Source of the DNA: a virus | DNA length: 64,000 nucleotides | IMG/VR virus record: IMGVR_UViG_3300042197_000820 | Span: 1 to 64,000 of that record | Strand: one strand, 5' to 3' | In this document: positions 1 through 9,823 of the stretch, one piece after another | Numbering within the stretch: position 1 is the first letter of the stretch | How the letters are laid out: every line of letters starts with the position of its first letter | Translations under genes and position numbers: made by a program | The notes under the pieces: generated by a model | Databases searched by the model: none | What the model saw: only the letters and a program-made list of their open reading frames with translations | Told to the model about the DNA's origin: nothing

Positions 1-82
1 AACTTTCGGCTAGTGGCTCTAGCTTGGCGAACTTCATAAAACGGCGAATCTCGCCTTCTGACAGTAGTTGTTTCTTGCTCAT
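1..82 (-). CDS. 5' part of hypothetical protein (runs off the window), probable virion/internal protein
   Basis: ATG at 82, GGAGG SD upstream, translation MSKKQLLSEGEIRRFMKFAKLEPLAES; two ACTATTTA motifs upstream. Confidence 0.7.
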   Translation of the reverse strand, partial: MSKKQLLSEGEIRRFMKFAKLEPLAES

Positions 83-168
83 AGATAGTAATCCTCCGAT
101 TCTCTAAATAAATAGTACTTTCTTTATGAAAGTGCTGTTGTCACATCTATAAATAGTACAAGAAAAAA

Positions 169-492
169 TCAAAATTCTTCTTCTTCGATCAAATCAAAAA
201 TAGATTGTAGTTCTTCATCACTCATATTTAGATCGCCCATTTGTTTTGCAGCTAACAAGCGTTTCATTCTAGACTCTCTCTCCCAAACTTTGGGAGTTTG
301 TAGCTTACCTTTCTTTATCTTGTCAATGAAAGCCATGATGTTCTTGTCTTCATTGATGTATCCTTGGATAAGATACCTGAAAAACAAGGCTTGCGCTAGA
401 TTATCTCTATCTAGCGCAATCTTTAGATCGGCGCAACGTTTGTCGGATTCGTAAAGTACGATCTTTCTACTAGTCTTGCCCATCTTACTCAT
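169..492 (-). CDS. hypothetical protein
   Basis: 107-aa ORF whose start overlaps the upstream stop (ATGA). Confidence 0.7.
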   Translation of the reverse strand: MSKMGKTSRKIVLYESDKRCADLKIALDRDNLAQALFFRYLIQGYINEDKNIMAFIDKIKKGKLQTPKVWERESRMKRLLAAKQMGDLNMSDEELQSIFDLIEEEEF

Positions 493-1532
493 GCTAGGTT
501 CCTAACGTGTGTAGAACTCTCAGCTTGACCGGCTACAGTCTGAACAATAAACTTTGATTTTGTTTGTAGTTCGACAATGTTACGCGCTCCAGTATAAGAG
601 AACCCGCTTCGAATACCAATCTTTAGCTCTTCTAGCACATCGGCAACCGGTCCCTTCGAACGAACCCGCGAAGAAACCCCCTCGATTGAGGCAACTCGAC
701 CTCTCCAATCGGTTTGTGCTTCCTTACTAGCCATACCACGATACACCTTATAAGATACTCCATTATCCAAGAATGGTTCTCCCGGTGCTTCGTTGGTACC
801 AGCCAACAAAGAACCAATCATAACTGCATCAGCGCCAGCGGCCAAGGCTTTTACAATATCGCCAGAGTTACGGATACCACCATCAGCGATAATGGCGGCA
901 GGGGTTTGTGATTGCTGGTTGTTTACGATATCGAAAACAGATTGTAGCGTTGGAACCCCGTGTCCAGTTTGAATCCGAGTTGAGCAAATAGAACCGCCAC
1001 CAACACCGACGCGGATAGAATCCGCACCCCAATCTGAAAGATCGGTAAAGGCTTGTGCTGTTGCAACATTACCAGCCATAATGTGAATGTATTCTGGTAG
1101 TCCATCAGTTAGTCTCTTGATCATCCGTTCAACAGCGAAGTGATGCCCATGTGCTACGTCTACACAGATTACCGAAACTCCAGCTTGTACCAAAGCTTTG
1201 GCGCGGGCATAATCCTCGTCTGAAGTACCGACAGCAGCACCAATCGTAGGAATGTCAACCTTTACCTTAGCCTTAGTACGACTAACCATAGCTACTTGCT
1301 CATTGACTGTGTTGTATCGATGGAAGATAGGCAAAGCACCGTTCTCAATCAATGCTATTGCCATTTCCGGTCCTACAACTGTATCCATTGGAGCAGAGAT
1401 AATCGGTGACTTGACCAGTACATTATGAAGCTTTGTTCGAATGTCGATTGAAGAGCGTGACTCAATATCGCTATACTGAGGTACGAGTAGAACGTCATCA
1501 AACGTCAGTGTCTGTCGTAGATTCTTGAACAT
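489..1532 (-). CDS. IMP dehydrogenase / GMP reductase family protein (no CBS domains)
   Basis: LTFDDVLLVP, SAPMDTV, DVAHGH, AGNVAT, GVGGGSICSTR catalytic Cys loop, IADGGI, YRGMAS, EGV motifs. Confidence 0.92.
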   Translation of the reverse strand: MFKNLRQTLTFDDVLLVPQYSDIESRSSIDIRTKLHNVLVKSPIISAPMDTVVGPEMAIALIENGALPIFHRYNTVNEQVAMVSRTKAKVKVDIPTIGAAVGTSDEDYARAKALVQAGVSVICVDVAHGHHFAVERMIKRLTDGLPEYIHIMAGNVATAQAFTDLSDWGADSIRVGVGGGSICSTRIQTGHGVPTLQSVFDIVNNQQSQTPAAIIADGGIRNSGDIVKALAAGADAVMIGSLLAGTNEAPGEPFLDNGVSYKVYRGMASKEAQTDWRGRVASIEGVSSRVRSKGPVADVLEELKIGIRSGFSYTGARNIVELQTKSKFIVQTVAGQAESSTHVRNLA

Positions 1533-1833
1533 CTAGATTATCTCCTGTTTCGCTTTGTGAAAGGTACTTCTCTTCTAAGTATTGCTTATATTCTCGGACA
1601 ACGCTTTGTCCCTTCTCCCAGCATTCAGGGCAGTATAGGCGAACATTGCCCTTGTCTTGGACAACGAACCATGTATTTGCCATTTCTTTACTCTTCTTAT
1701 CGTATAGTGCTTCACATACTAAGCACATGTCAGGTAGCTTGTCAAACATCATGATTTGTTCGCTCATCTTTCTTTCAGCCGGTGACATGTTTCTTTCTGC
1801 CTTTTCTAAGGCTCGTCTTTGTTCTCTATTCAT
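1498..1833 (-). CDS. hypothetical Zn-finger protein
   Basis: CLVC...CPEC pairs; MNREQRR N-terminus common in phage ORFs. Confidence 0.7.
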   Translation of the reverse strand: MNREQRRALEKAERNMSPAERKMSEQIMMFDKLPDMCLVCEALYDKKSKEMANTWFVVQDKGNVRLYCPECWEKGQSVVREYKQYLEEKYLSQSETGDNLDVQESTTDTDV

Positions 1834-2090
1834 TGTGGTTCCTGTATAAAGTTAATGTCAAGATCGGAATGTTTTAGTTTCGCCCATCCAAGTAGTTGTT
1901 GGAAGTATTCTCTGTCTAAGCAGTAATCTGCTCTACAACCCTTGATAGAGTATGCTGGCATTATCTTCCTCTTCTGAGGTTTTATACTCAGAAAATCGAC
2001 CCAATAAAAATCCTGAGAGTTTTGATAGTGGTCTGTTATAACTGCCCAATAGTTGTCTGCTGAAACTAAATCCCCGATCTTATACATCAT
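1830..2090 (-). CDS. hypothetical protein
   Basis: ORF coupled to both neighbours by overlaps. Confidence 0.6.
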   Translation of the reverse strand: MMYKIGDLVSADNYWAVITDHYQNSQDFYWVDFLSIKPQKRKIMPAYSIKGCRADYCLDREYFQQLLGWAKLKHSDLDINFIQEPQ

Positions 2091-2545
2091 CGTCCCGTGC
2101 TGCCGAGCGCGCCGTCACCACGATTCGAAATAACAATGCTGCTCCGAGAATAAAGCTCGTCGTCAAGAGCCTGAATGAGTCTAGTGTTGACGACAGGAAT
2201 GAATACGCCTTGTGCAATCTTGTCTCCCGGTTCAATAACTTGTGCCTGACTACCGATGTTGTGAAGGTTAACGAACACTTCTCCATCGTATCCAGCGTCT
2301 ACCACGCAAGCACCTACAATCAACTGTCGTTTTGCTGCAACAGATGAACGATTCATGATCTGCAACATAAGGCCATGTGAAACGCCAAACTTCAGCCCAG
2401 TACCCAAGATTCGGCTCTCTCCCGGCTGAATGGTTACAGCTTGGAAGTCAATCGGATTGAATGGAAGATCGATTCCAGCGTCCGATGGGTTAGCACGGGT
2501 AGGATGCCGACGTACATGCGGCAGGGCGTAATACTCCAACATCAC
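2087..2545 (-). CDS. dut: trimeric dUTPase
   Basis: AGIDL, NRSS, VVDAGYDGEV, GDKIAQ, RGDGALGSTG motifs 1-5. Confidence 0.95.
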   Translation of the reverse strand: MMLEYYALPHVRRHPTRANPSDAGIDLPFNPIDFQAVTIQPGESRILGTGLKFGVSHGLMLQIMNRSSVAAKRQLIVGACVVDAGYDGEVFVNLHNIGSQAQVIEPGDKIAQGVFIPVVNTRLIQALDDELYSRSSIVISNRGDGALGSTGR

Positions 2546-2811
2546 CGGGCACCCCGAAGAGTTTGGTATGCCTCCGCAAGTGCATCAAGGCTTTCGTTCT
2601 TCTTTAGCATTCGATAAGCACGGGTAATGGTCGAAATGTCATCCTTCGACAAAAAGCCATTCTTTACGAAGTCAGAGCGCAGTTCACGCTTAGACTCCTT
2701 GTAAGGCTCCATAGCATCTTCGATAGCCTTTAGGGTACGGATGTACTCAATAAGCTTCTCGCTCTTGCTGGAAAGGTCGTTGTCAGCCTCTTGGTCAATA
2801 TCTTCAAACAT
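2542..2811 (-). CDS. small coiled-coil dsDNA-binding protein (T4 DsbA / GapR-like)
   Basis: Likely start MFEDIDQ after GGAG SD; pattern LIEYIRTLKAIEDAM..K..KRELRSDFVKNGF..D...I.RAYRM resembles the DsbA/DUF2312 fold. Confidence 0.5.
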   Translation of the reverse strand: MFEDIDQEADNDLSSKSEKLIEYIRTLKAIEDAMEPYKESKRELRSDFVKNGFLSKDDISTITRAYRMLKKNESLDALAEAYQTLRGAR

Positions 2812-2857
2812 GGAATCTCCTTTTGTATTGTTAATATAACTTGTTAGTGTTTGATGG

Positions 2858-3823
2858 TCAAGCAGCATTTGTCTGCGATTCGTAAAGTCTGATAGCTCGC
2901 ATCAAAGCTAGCTCTTTCATTTTAGCCTCAATCATGCAGTCGTATCGAACGCCGTGATTGTTAGGCAAAAGATTGATGTAGTCCGAATGAGCTTGTGGCT
3001 TGATCTTTGGATTCTTCTGCTCAATCGAACGACTCTCAGAGTAATGGACGACAGGCTTGATGTTACCCCAAGTACTAGCTGCCATTTGCAACGCTTCTGC
3101 TTCGGGCATTCCGCCGTCGTGTAGACTGTGGTGATGGTAATCGAAAACGATTGGAATGTTGATCTTACTACTGATCATTTGACTGAGATCACTGGTAGAG
3201 AACAAGGAAGGCTTATCATCATTTTCGACGGTCAAACGGGTCTTTACCGCGTCTGAGAGGAGTTCGAAGTTACGACAGAATGATTCAGCAGCCTTAGCCT
3301 TGTCGCCGTAGGTCGCTCCAACATGAATGTTGATCTTTGACCACGGAGTACGGGGCATAAGAAGCTTGTCCTGAACCCAGCCATGAATCTCCAAATCCCG
3401 AACGGTTTGTCGAATAACGCGCTCGTCAGACGAAGCCAGCTTATTGAAAGGACCGGGATGAGAGGTCAAACGGATGTTACTAGCGTTTGCGTATTGACCA
3501 GCCTTGGTCATCCACGAAACAATCTCGTCATGATCGGGAAGTTGCTCAAACTGATACTCCGAAGCCCAAGGGAAAATGTCCGAGGACAAGCGGTAAAAGT
3601 AAATGAAGTTCTGCTTGTTCCAAACAAGGATCTTGTACAGATCCTTGACGTTTTGCAGAGCTAGCTCGGAAGCATACCTTAGACCACGGCGTTCAAATGT
3701 AGACTTGATCATTGTCCGATTTGTTGTAATCGGTTCTGTCTTCTTTGGCTTTCCACCGTACAAAACTGGTTGCGAAAGCTGCATGTTGATACATGCATAC
3801 CCATAGTTGATTTCCTTGATCAC
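2858..3823 (-). CDS. uvsE: UV DNA damage endonuclease UvsE/UVDE
   Basis: GYACIN, FYRLSSDIFPW, RLTSHPG, INIHVG, RLTVENDD, VFDYHHH, VHYSE, AHSDY, MIEAKMKE. Confidence 0.95.
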   Translation of the reverse strand: MIKEINYGYACINMQLSQPVLYGGKPKKTEPITTNRTMIKSTFERRGLRYASELALQNVKDLYKILVWNKQNFIYFYRLSSDIFPWASEYQFEQLPDHDEIVSWMTKAGQYANASNIRLTSHPGPFNKLASSDERVIRQTVRDLEIHGWVQDKLLMPRTPWSKINIHVGATYGDKAKAAESFCRNFELLSDAVKTRLTVENDDKPSLFSTSDLSQMISSKINIPIVFDYHHHSLHDGGMPEAEALQMAASTWGNIKPVVHYSESRSIEQKNPKIKPQAHSDYINLLPNNHGVRYDCMIEAKMKELALMRAIRLYESQTNAA

Positions 3824-3842
3824 TCGTCCTCCTTACCTTACT

Positions 3843-3871
3843 ATTATAGCGCGGTAGAGAGAGAATGGCAA
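3843..3871 (-). promoter_or_regulatory. sigma70-like promoter for uvsE operon
   Basis: TTGCCA-17nt-TATAAT on minus strand, followed by AGGAGG SD. Confidence 0.75.
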
Positions 3872-3883
3872 GTCAACAGATCG

Positions 3884-4297
3884 TCAAGCGTCTCGGTTCT
3901 TCTTGTGCCACTTAAACGAAGCTTCGTTGTCGGTCACTGGACCACCAGCGGCCCAAGTAGTACAAGTCCTACGAGAATGGCACTTAAAATGGTGCATCCA
4001 GCAATAACCGAACTCTCCCGGTCCTTTGATCTGTTCGTCTACAACAGTCATGCATTTCTTCATTCTTGGAGAGGTATCAAAAGCAACACAGTTTCCACAA
4101 AGTGACTTCTTCGCCTCTTCTGGAGTTGCATCCCATTTATCTGCTACTTTCTTCCAATAATCTTCGTTTGGTTCGCTAGGATTCAGCGGACCATAGTGGT
4201 ATTCTTCGATTGTAGCATCGCGATTATCTGTATTTAGTTTTAGGTCTTGTGTAGCTTTCGGGCATGGAAACAGACTACCCATAGTGATTTTGATCAT
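3884..4297 (-). CDS. Cys-rich hypothetical protein (HiPIP-like Cys spacing)
   Basis: Likely start MIKIT after GAGG SD; CGNC...GYC...C...CTTW; ACTACTTA motif upstream at 4312-4319. Confidence 0.7.
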   Translation of the reverse strand: MIKITMGSLFPCPKATQDLKLNTDNRDATIEEYHYGPLNPSEPNEDYWKKVADKWDATPEEAKKSLCGNCVAFDTSPRMKKCMTVVDEQIKGPGEFGYCWMHHFKCHSRRTCTTWAAGGPVTDNEASFKWHKKNRDA

Positions 4298-4345
4298 TTT
4301 GTACCTCTCTATAAGTAGTCTGTTTGGCATAGTAAAGTAAATAGG

Positions 4346-7300
4346 CTATGAAGCGAGACACTTCCAGTATTTATCGATACGTCCGCGAGTCGAGAAACCC
4401 CATTCATCATTGTAATCTGGCTTGACTAGATAAGGCTTGTTTACCTCTAGACGATCACCCATGTCCATGCTAATGCCCCAGCAACGGATTGTCAAGATAG
4501 CAGAGTTGGAATCTACAACTTCTACTTGGAAGTATTCCTTACCATTGGCTGTACGTTTAGCGATAACCTTGCGAGGAATACACCAAGTTAGCTGCAATGC
4601 TGGCTCAAACTCAGAAATCGGTGGAATCATCTTCTCTTCTAGCATTTCTAGTGTCTTATTAGACACAACCTTGGAGATTGGGAACTCACCGGTTAGTTCA
4701 GTAAGGAACTGAATCTCTTCTTCCGGCGTGAAGTCTCCTTCCGGTGCATAAAGAGCGATGTTCTCTTCCAAGTTCTTTGGCTTCCTAGGGCGATCAACCG
4801 CAATCGAAGACCAAAAATGCTTCTTACCCGTGAATCGACTATCAACTAGCGTGTTCATGGCACCAGAACGTACCAGAACATCCAAAGTCTTCTTATTTAG
4901 CTTCGAATAACGCATGTTTTCGTTGAAAAGAAACTCTTCGACTGTCCTAAAAGGTCGTCCCTTAAAGATTTCATCGATTGCCGACTCTCCAAGACCCTTG
5001 ATAGAAGTCAAAGGCTGGATAAGACTAGAACTATCATCAGAAATCTCCCAATAAACACCGGATGTATTGATGTTTAGTGGTTCAATACCATACCCGAAAG
5101 ACTTAGCAATCGAAATAGCCTTCTCCTTTTTGGTTTCTGGCTCTTTGTCGAGGAATGCAGCAAGCCATTCAGCCTCAAAGTAAGTCAAAAGCCAAGCACA
5201 TTGGTAAGAAATGATTGAGTAGCAGACAGCGTGAGACTTATTGAAGCCATAACCAGAGAAGAACTTGAACTTTTCCCACAGGTCATTAGCAGCCTTGCTT
5301 GTCATACCCTTCTCGACACAACCCTCAATGAAGCGGTCATAAAGAGACTGAAGAACCTTATCAGTCTTACCAGTACCCTTCTTGGTTAGAACCTTACGGA
5401 GACTGTTACCTTCGTCAAGAGTGATGTTCTTACCAAGCTTGTGAGCCAGCAATGCAATCTGCTCTTGGAAGATTAGGAATCCATACGTTTCTTGGGTAAT
5501 GTTCTTGTATTCAGCATTTGGATAATCGATTAGAAGTGGTGCTTCCTTGGCATCGATGTAATCCTTATCAACTCCTGCCGACAATGGACCGGGACGGTAG
5601 ATAGAAGTAATGGCAGAAAGATCGATGATGTTCTCTGGTCTTGCTTGCTTACAGAGCTTTTGAACTCCATTCTCTGTAAACTGGAATACACCAGCCCACT
5701 TGCCATTCTGGAATACATTCTTGTATACCTTCTTATCGTTCAAGTCCAAAACGTCAGGATGCAGCCTCTCATCGTAGTACTTACGAATGTCTGCGTATGT
5801 TGGGTTCTTGACTCCATGATGCCTCTTCAAGATGTGACGGATTGCACCCTCAATCATTCGAAGAGTTGAAAGACCAAGAATGTCGAACTTGATGAATCCC
5901 AAAGGTTCAAGGTGGCGAACGTTTTGTCCTTCCGACCAAGGGGTTTGGCGAACATTCTTAGAGGAGATAAGAGGCATGTACTTGTCCAAATCCTCTGCGA
6001 CAACAACGCCGCCAGCATGACGAGAACAAGAACGAACTTGACCATACAAAGCATCGATGTGATTTGCAACATCAGGGTACTTTGACAAGAATGCTTGCAA
6101 TGTTGGCGAATACTCCTTTACTTCTTCAAAAGTAGGAGTGTAAACACCAGCCTTCATACCAAGCTTCTGCTTTGCAATCGGAGTTGCTTCTGCCATCATT
6201 CGACCAGTGACCTTATTGACCTCTGTGAACGGAATGTTGTAAAGCTTGGAAATGTCCTTGATAAGAGACTTTAGTTGAAGTGTGTTCCAGTTTGAGATTG
6301 GAACAACCGTATTGTCTCCCCACTTTCCAATCAAGACATCCTTGATAACCATTGGATCAGCAACGTCAAAGTCAATGTCGGGATAATCTGTTGCGTCTGC
6401 ACGGAGAAAGCGTGAGAATAGCAAATCATACTTGATTGGATCAACTTGCGTGATTTCCAAAGCGTAAGCGACCAGCGAACCAGCAGCAGAACCGCGACCG
6501 GGACCAGTAAGCATGTGTTCGTTAGAAATAGCAGCAATCTGATTCATTGTGAGGAAGTACTTGGAGAATCCACGATCTGCGATAACAGACAACTCATAAC
6601 GGAGCCTTTCAACGTATTCCGCATTGGTATGAAGATTCTTCTTGCGAAGTCCTTCCATAGAGAACTTTTCCAAGGCAGTATCAGCAGTCTCGCCAGCAGG
6701 AACAACGAAGTCAGGAAGTCGAACAGTTGTATCCGGTTCGAACCTTTCGATGCGGTTCATTGCAATGTTGTGAGTTTCAGTGATAGAGTTCAGAACAAGA
6801 TCATCATCGTATTCTACACCACATAGCTCAGAATACTTCTTGTAAGAAGCCCACATTTGGTCGCCATTCTTTGGGTATAGCTCATAGCCAATCTCATCGA
6901 CATTTGCAGGTAGTTCGCTCTCATTTGCCCAATCAGGACGACCCGTTCCAAGCCAGCCAAGACGCTTGTAAAGCTCACGATCCTTCCAAGCAGTTGGGTT
7001 AGGATAGTGCGAATCAGCCGTAGAAACAAGCTTGATTCCGAACTCTTGTTGGATTTGGATTACATACTGATTCAGAAGATGCTGCTCGGGAATGTTGTTC
7101 CATTGCAGTTCACCATACCACCGATCTCCAAAAATGGAAACCATGTTTCGGGTGACTTCTCGCATAGCCTCTAGAACAGCCTCAGAGCCTTTCTCGCGAT
7201 TCTCCCAAAAGCACCCAGCGTAGACCCCACCCAAGCACGCCGACGACGCAATAAGCCCCTCAGAGTGTTCACGGAGCATGTCATAATCGACGCGAGGATA

Positions 7301-7795
7301 GCGGTAGTAGTTCTCTTCGCGGTAGGAATCAGAAACCAGTTTGAACAGATTGTTCAGACCGGTTTGGTTTTGAGCGAGCAACACCAAATGCCGACGACGA
7401 GAAAGAATGCTGTTCGAAGCTTTCTTCGTTTCTGCTTCGTTTTCGATTGTCGTGCCGGAAGTCTCATCTTCTGCAACCTTGGAAGCTTCCTTCTTATCTT
7501 CCATAGTCTTGTCGTATTCCTTGCGCCATTCCTTGATAGAAGGCACAAAGTAGGCTTCACAGCCAAAGATTGGCTTGAAGTCCTTGCCATTCTCATTCAT
7601 CTTTCGGGCGTGCAGAACTTGCCACGAAAATCCGTTCATATTTCCGTGGTCCGTCAAAGCCAACGCATTCATGCCGTTGGAATAAGCAAAGTCCATGTGG
7701 TCTTGTGGGTATCCAAGACCATCGAAGATGGAGCCTGCTACGCTGTGGGCATGAAGCCCAACAAACGGAATGTTACTTTCAACGCGATCAGACAT
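4346..7795 (-). CDS. dnaE: DNA polymerase III alpha subunit (family C, DnaE-type)
   Basis: PHP motifs HAHS, LTDHG, GCEAY, DSH; GPGRGSAAGS; PDIDFD; HAGGVV; KFDILGL; GVFQF; YGFNKSHA. Confidence 0.97.
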   Translation of the reverse strand: MSDRVESNIPFVGLHAHSVAGSIFDGLGYPQDHMDFAYSNGMNALALTDHGNMNGFSWQVLHARKMNENGKDFKPIFGCEAYFVPSIKEWRKEYDKTMEDKKEASKVAEDETSGTTIENEAETKKASNSILSRRRHLVLLAQNQTGLNNLFKLVSDSYREENYYRYPRVDYDMLREHSEGLIASSACLGGVYAGCFWENREKGSEAVLEAMREVTRNMVSIFGDRWYGELQWNNIPEQHLLNQYVIQIQQEFGIKLVSTADSHYPNPTAWKDRELYKRLGWLGTGRPDWANESELPANVDEIGYELYPKNGDQMWASYKKYSELCGVEYDDDLVLNSITETHNIAMNRIERFEPDTTVRLPDFVVPAGETADTALEKFSMEGLRKKNLHTNAEYVERLRYELSVIADRGFSKYFLTMNQIAAISNEHMLTGPGRGSAAGSLVAYALEITQVDPIKYDLLFSRFLRADATDYPDIDFDVADPMVIKDVLIGKWGDNTVVPISNWNTLQLKSLIKDISKLYNIPFTEVNKVTGRMMAEATPIAKQKLGMKAGVYTPTFEEVKEYSPTLQAFLSKYPDVANHIDALYGQVRSCSRHAGGVVVAEDLDKYMPLISSKNVRQTPWSEGQNVRHLEPLGFIKFDILGLSTLRMIEGAIRHILKRHHGVKNPTYADIRKYYDERLHPDVLDLNDKKVYKNVFQNGKWAGVFQFTENGVQKLCKQARPENIIDLSAITSIYRPGPLSAGVDKDYIDAKEAPLLIDYPNAEYKNITQETYGFLIFQEQIALLAHKLGKNITLDEGNSLRKVLTKKGTGKTDKVLQSLYDRFIEGCVEKGMTSKAANDLWEKFKFFSGYGFNKSHAVCYSIISYQCAWLLTYFEAEWLAAFLDKEPETKKEKAISIAKSFGYGIEPLNINTSGVYWEISDDSSSLIQPLTSIKGLGESAIDEIFKGRPFRTVEEFLFNENMRYSKLNKKTLDVLVRSGAMNTLVDSRFTGKKHFWSSIAVDRPRKPKNLEENIALYAPEGDFTPEEEIQFLTELTGEFPISKVVSNKTLEMLEEKMIPPISEFEPALQLTWCIPRKVIAKRTANGKEYFQVEVVDSNSAILTIRCWGISMDMGDRLEVNKPYLVKPDYNDEWGFSTRGRIDKYWKCLAS

Positions 7796-8156
7796 TCACA
7801 CCTCCTTCGGTATCGGGAATGACTTCATCAATATAGCGACAAACCTTCTTATACTCTTCTGTGTTCGGGAAATAGAACTCGCGAGCATAATACTTATACG
7901 CTGACTTCTCAATCTTAGTATAAACACCAAGCCCTGTCAAGTGGCTGACCATTCCTTTACACCATTCGTGAACAACCTTGCGAGTTGTGCTGGTAAGCTT
8001 GATCGGGCATTTACCGGCAGGAATAATGAGAGTGTACTTTACAGCACCCTTCTCGACCTTGACGGGCTTTTCGGTATTTTCCGTCTTTGGCTTTCTTGCA
8101 CGACGCTTCGGGGTTTCATCCGTCGTCGTCTGTTGGGTCTTCTTCGTCCGTGGCAT
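7788..8156 (-). CDS. hypothetical basic protein
   Basis: 122-aa ORF, GGAGG SD, Lys/Arg-rich N-terminus. Confidence 0.7.
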   Translation of the reverse strand: MPRTKKTQQTTTDETPKRRARKPKTENTEKPVKVEKGAVKYTLIIPAGKCPIKLTSTTRKVVHEWCKGMVSHLTGLGVYTKIEKSAYKYYAREFYFPNTEEYKKVCRYIDEVIPDTEGGVNV

Positions 8157-9021
8157 CTTGTAAATCCTCCGCTATTGGGTTCCATTCGTGGTACGAAATA
8201 AAAATCTTACCGGGAAACTTGATTTGTTGTGAGACTGAATCACCGAGGTAAATCTTATACCATTCCCATGAATCAATCTGACGGAACCAATCCAACTCTA
8301 AAGTGTTTTCTGGTTCCAGTTCATTTCCGCTGTACAATATATCCAAGTCCACTTCATCTGTAAAGACTGATTTACAATCCTCTAACAGTTGTCCAGAAAT
8401 CATGGAGTTCTCGAAAAACCTAAAGTTTTCTAAGAAAGATTCCAAGTCCGATTGACCAAAGCTAAAAGGTAGGTGGTAGTTGTCCTTTACTGATTTGCCT
8501 CCAGAAGTAAAGAACAAGTTTGGTTTTGTTGCGTTTGACAGGATTTGTCTGTGTTTCCTGACTGCTTGGTGAGCGTAGATACCGAAAGGGAAGCTAACAA
8601 AGAACCTATTCGGTTTGGTCCAGCTACTAATCTGACCGCAAATCTTGCTAGCAGTCATTGCTCCTTGGATAATCGACCAAGGAAGGCAGTTTTCCTTATG
8701 CTTGTCTTCTACTTTGATTGGAACATAGTAGATCGGTATAAGCTTACGCCATTGATCTGGCTGGCGAGAAAGCTTTTTGGCTCCAATCGAAGTTGGATCG
8801 TAGGTGAAATCACCCATTCGACGGCGTATCAATGGAGTTGCGCTTTGTTCACACACAACCCAGATTGTTTCACAACCGGCCCATGCTGCTTGATGGACGG
8901 CATACTCAACAGCGAAATAGTTAGGGGCTACCGGGATAAGAGCGTCTGACCACGGTAGATTGTATCCTGTTGGTCTAGAAGCTACTGGAACTATCCCTGC
9001 CAGATGAAAAGAGTTCGACAT
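8116..9021 (-). CDS. divergent sugar-phosphate nucleotidyltransferase (NTP_transferase)-like protein
   Basis: LAGIVPVA...LPWSDALIPV....AVEYAVHQAAWAGCETIWVV resembles the RmlA/GalU N-terminus, but the GxGTR and PK motifs are degenerate; likely start MSNSF. Confidence 0.6.
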   Translation of the reverse strand: MSNSFHLAGIVPVASRPTGYNLPWSDALIPVAPNYFAVEYAVHQAAWAGCETIWVVCEQSATPLIRRRMGDFTYDPTSIGAKKLSRQPDQWRKLIPIYYVPIKVEDKHKENCLPWSIIQGAMTASKICGQISSWTKPNRFFVSFPFGIYAHQAVRKHRQILSNATKPNLFFTSGGKSVKDNYHLPFSFGQSDLESFLENFRFFENSMISGQLLEDCKSVFTDEVDLDILYSGNELEPENTLELDWFRQIDSWEWYKIYLGDSVSQQIKFPGKIFISYHEWNPIAEDLQDATDEEDPTDDDG

Positions 9022-9823
9022 AGTACTTCTTCGGTTTGATTGATAGTTCTTGATAAGTATCAAGTATTTGCTGTGGTTTCTCTAGTTTGTAAACCACGTT
9101 TGTTCCTGATGATTCTGCTAGCTCGTACTGATAATAGATGTCTCTACCAGCATGTTCAAGCACGATTGTCTTAGTGATGATTTCTTCTTTCAGAAGTCTT
9201 CTAAGTTTGATTCTACTGATTGTTTCAGTATAATCATCAGAGAGAATCTGGTCCTGCGTTAGATAGGATCTTACAACACAATCCTTTCTATCTTGATAAG
9301 ATGATCTTTTTGATTTATAGAACCAGACTTCACTTATAAATGGATCGTCATAGGAAAGATACGTTTTATCGTGTTTTGATCCATGACGAACGTTGAACCA
9401 GTCTATAACTGTATGTTTAGTATCAGATAGATTCGGAGTATTTGTGATGCCAGATACTTGTTCTGCATCAAATACGATTAGATTGCTAAACTGAGCTTTG
9501 ACCATTCTAGAAAACTCAGTTGTTAGCTTAAGCAAGTTATCGTCTTCGACTCGGATCGAACGAATCAAATCAGAGCCGAAGACTTTACCTTGAAGAGATT
9601 GATAGAACATAAGCTTTTCCCACAAGAAAATCTGTGGTATCTTGACTTTGTTCTGGAATCCAAAATGCTCTGGATTTCTGATTACCACATCATCAAAGAT
9701 GAACGGTGGTTTTGGTTGTGTAAACAGTATTGGTAAGTTGTTGTAATAGGAATACAACAAACTGGAGAGACATCCGCCTATAACCAGTTTCTCATGATTA
9801 TAAAGATGCCTCTCTAATCTCAT
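8975..9823 (-). CDS. hypothetical protein with degenerate Rossmann/FAD-binding-like N-terminus
   Basis: KLVIGGCLSSLLYSY beta-alpha motif near the N-terminus. Confidence 0.55.
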   Translation of the reverse strand: MRLERHLYNHEKLVIGGCLSSLLYSYYNNLPILFTQPKPPFIFDDVVIRNPEHFGFQNKVKIPQIFLWEKLMFYQSLQGKVFGSDLIRSIRVEDDNLLKLTTEFSRMVKAQFSNLIVFDAEQVSGITNTPNLSDTKHTVIDWFNVRHGSKHDKTYLSYDDPFISEVWFYKSKRSSYQDRKDCVVRSYLTQDQILSDDYTETISRIKLRRLLKEEIITKTIVLEHAGRDIYYQYELAESSGTNVVYKLEKPQQILDTYQELSIKPKKYYVELFSSGRDSSSSF

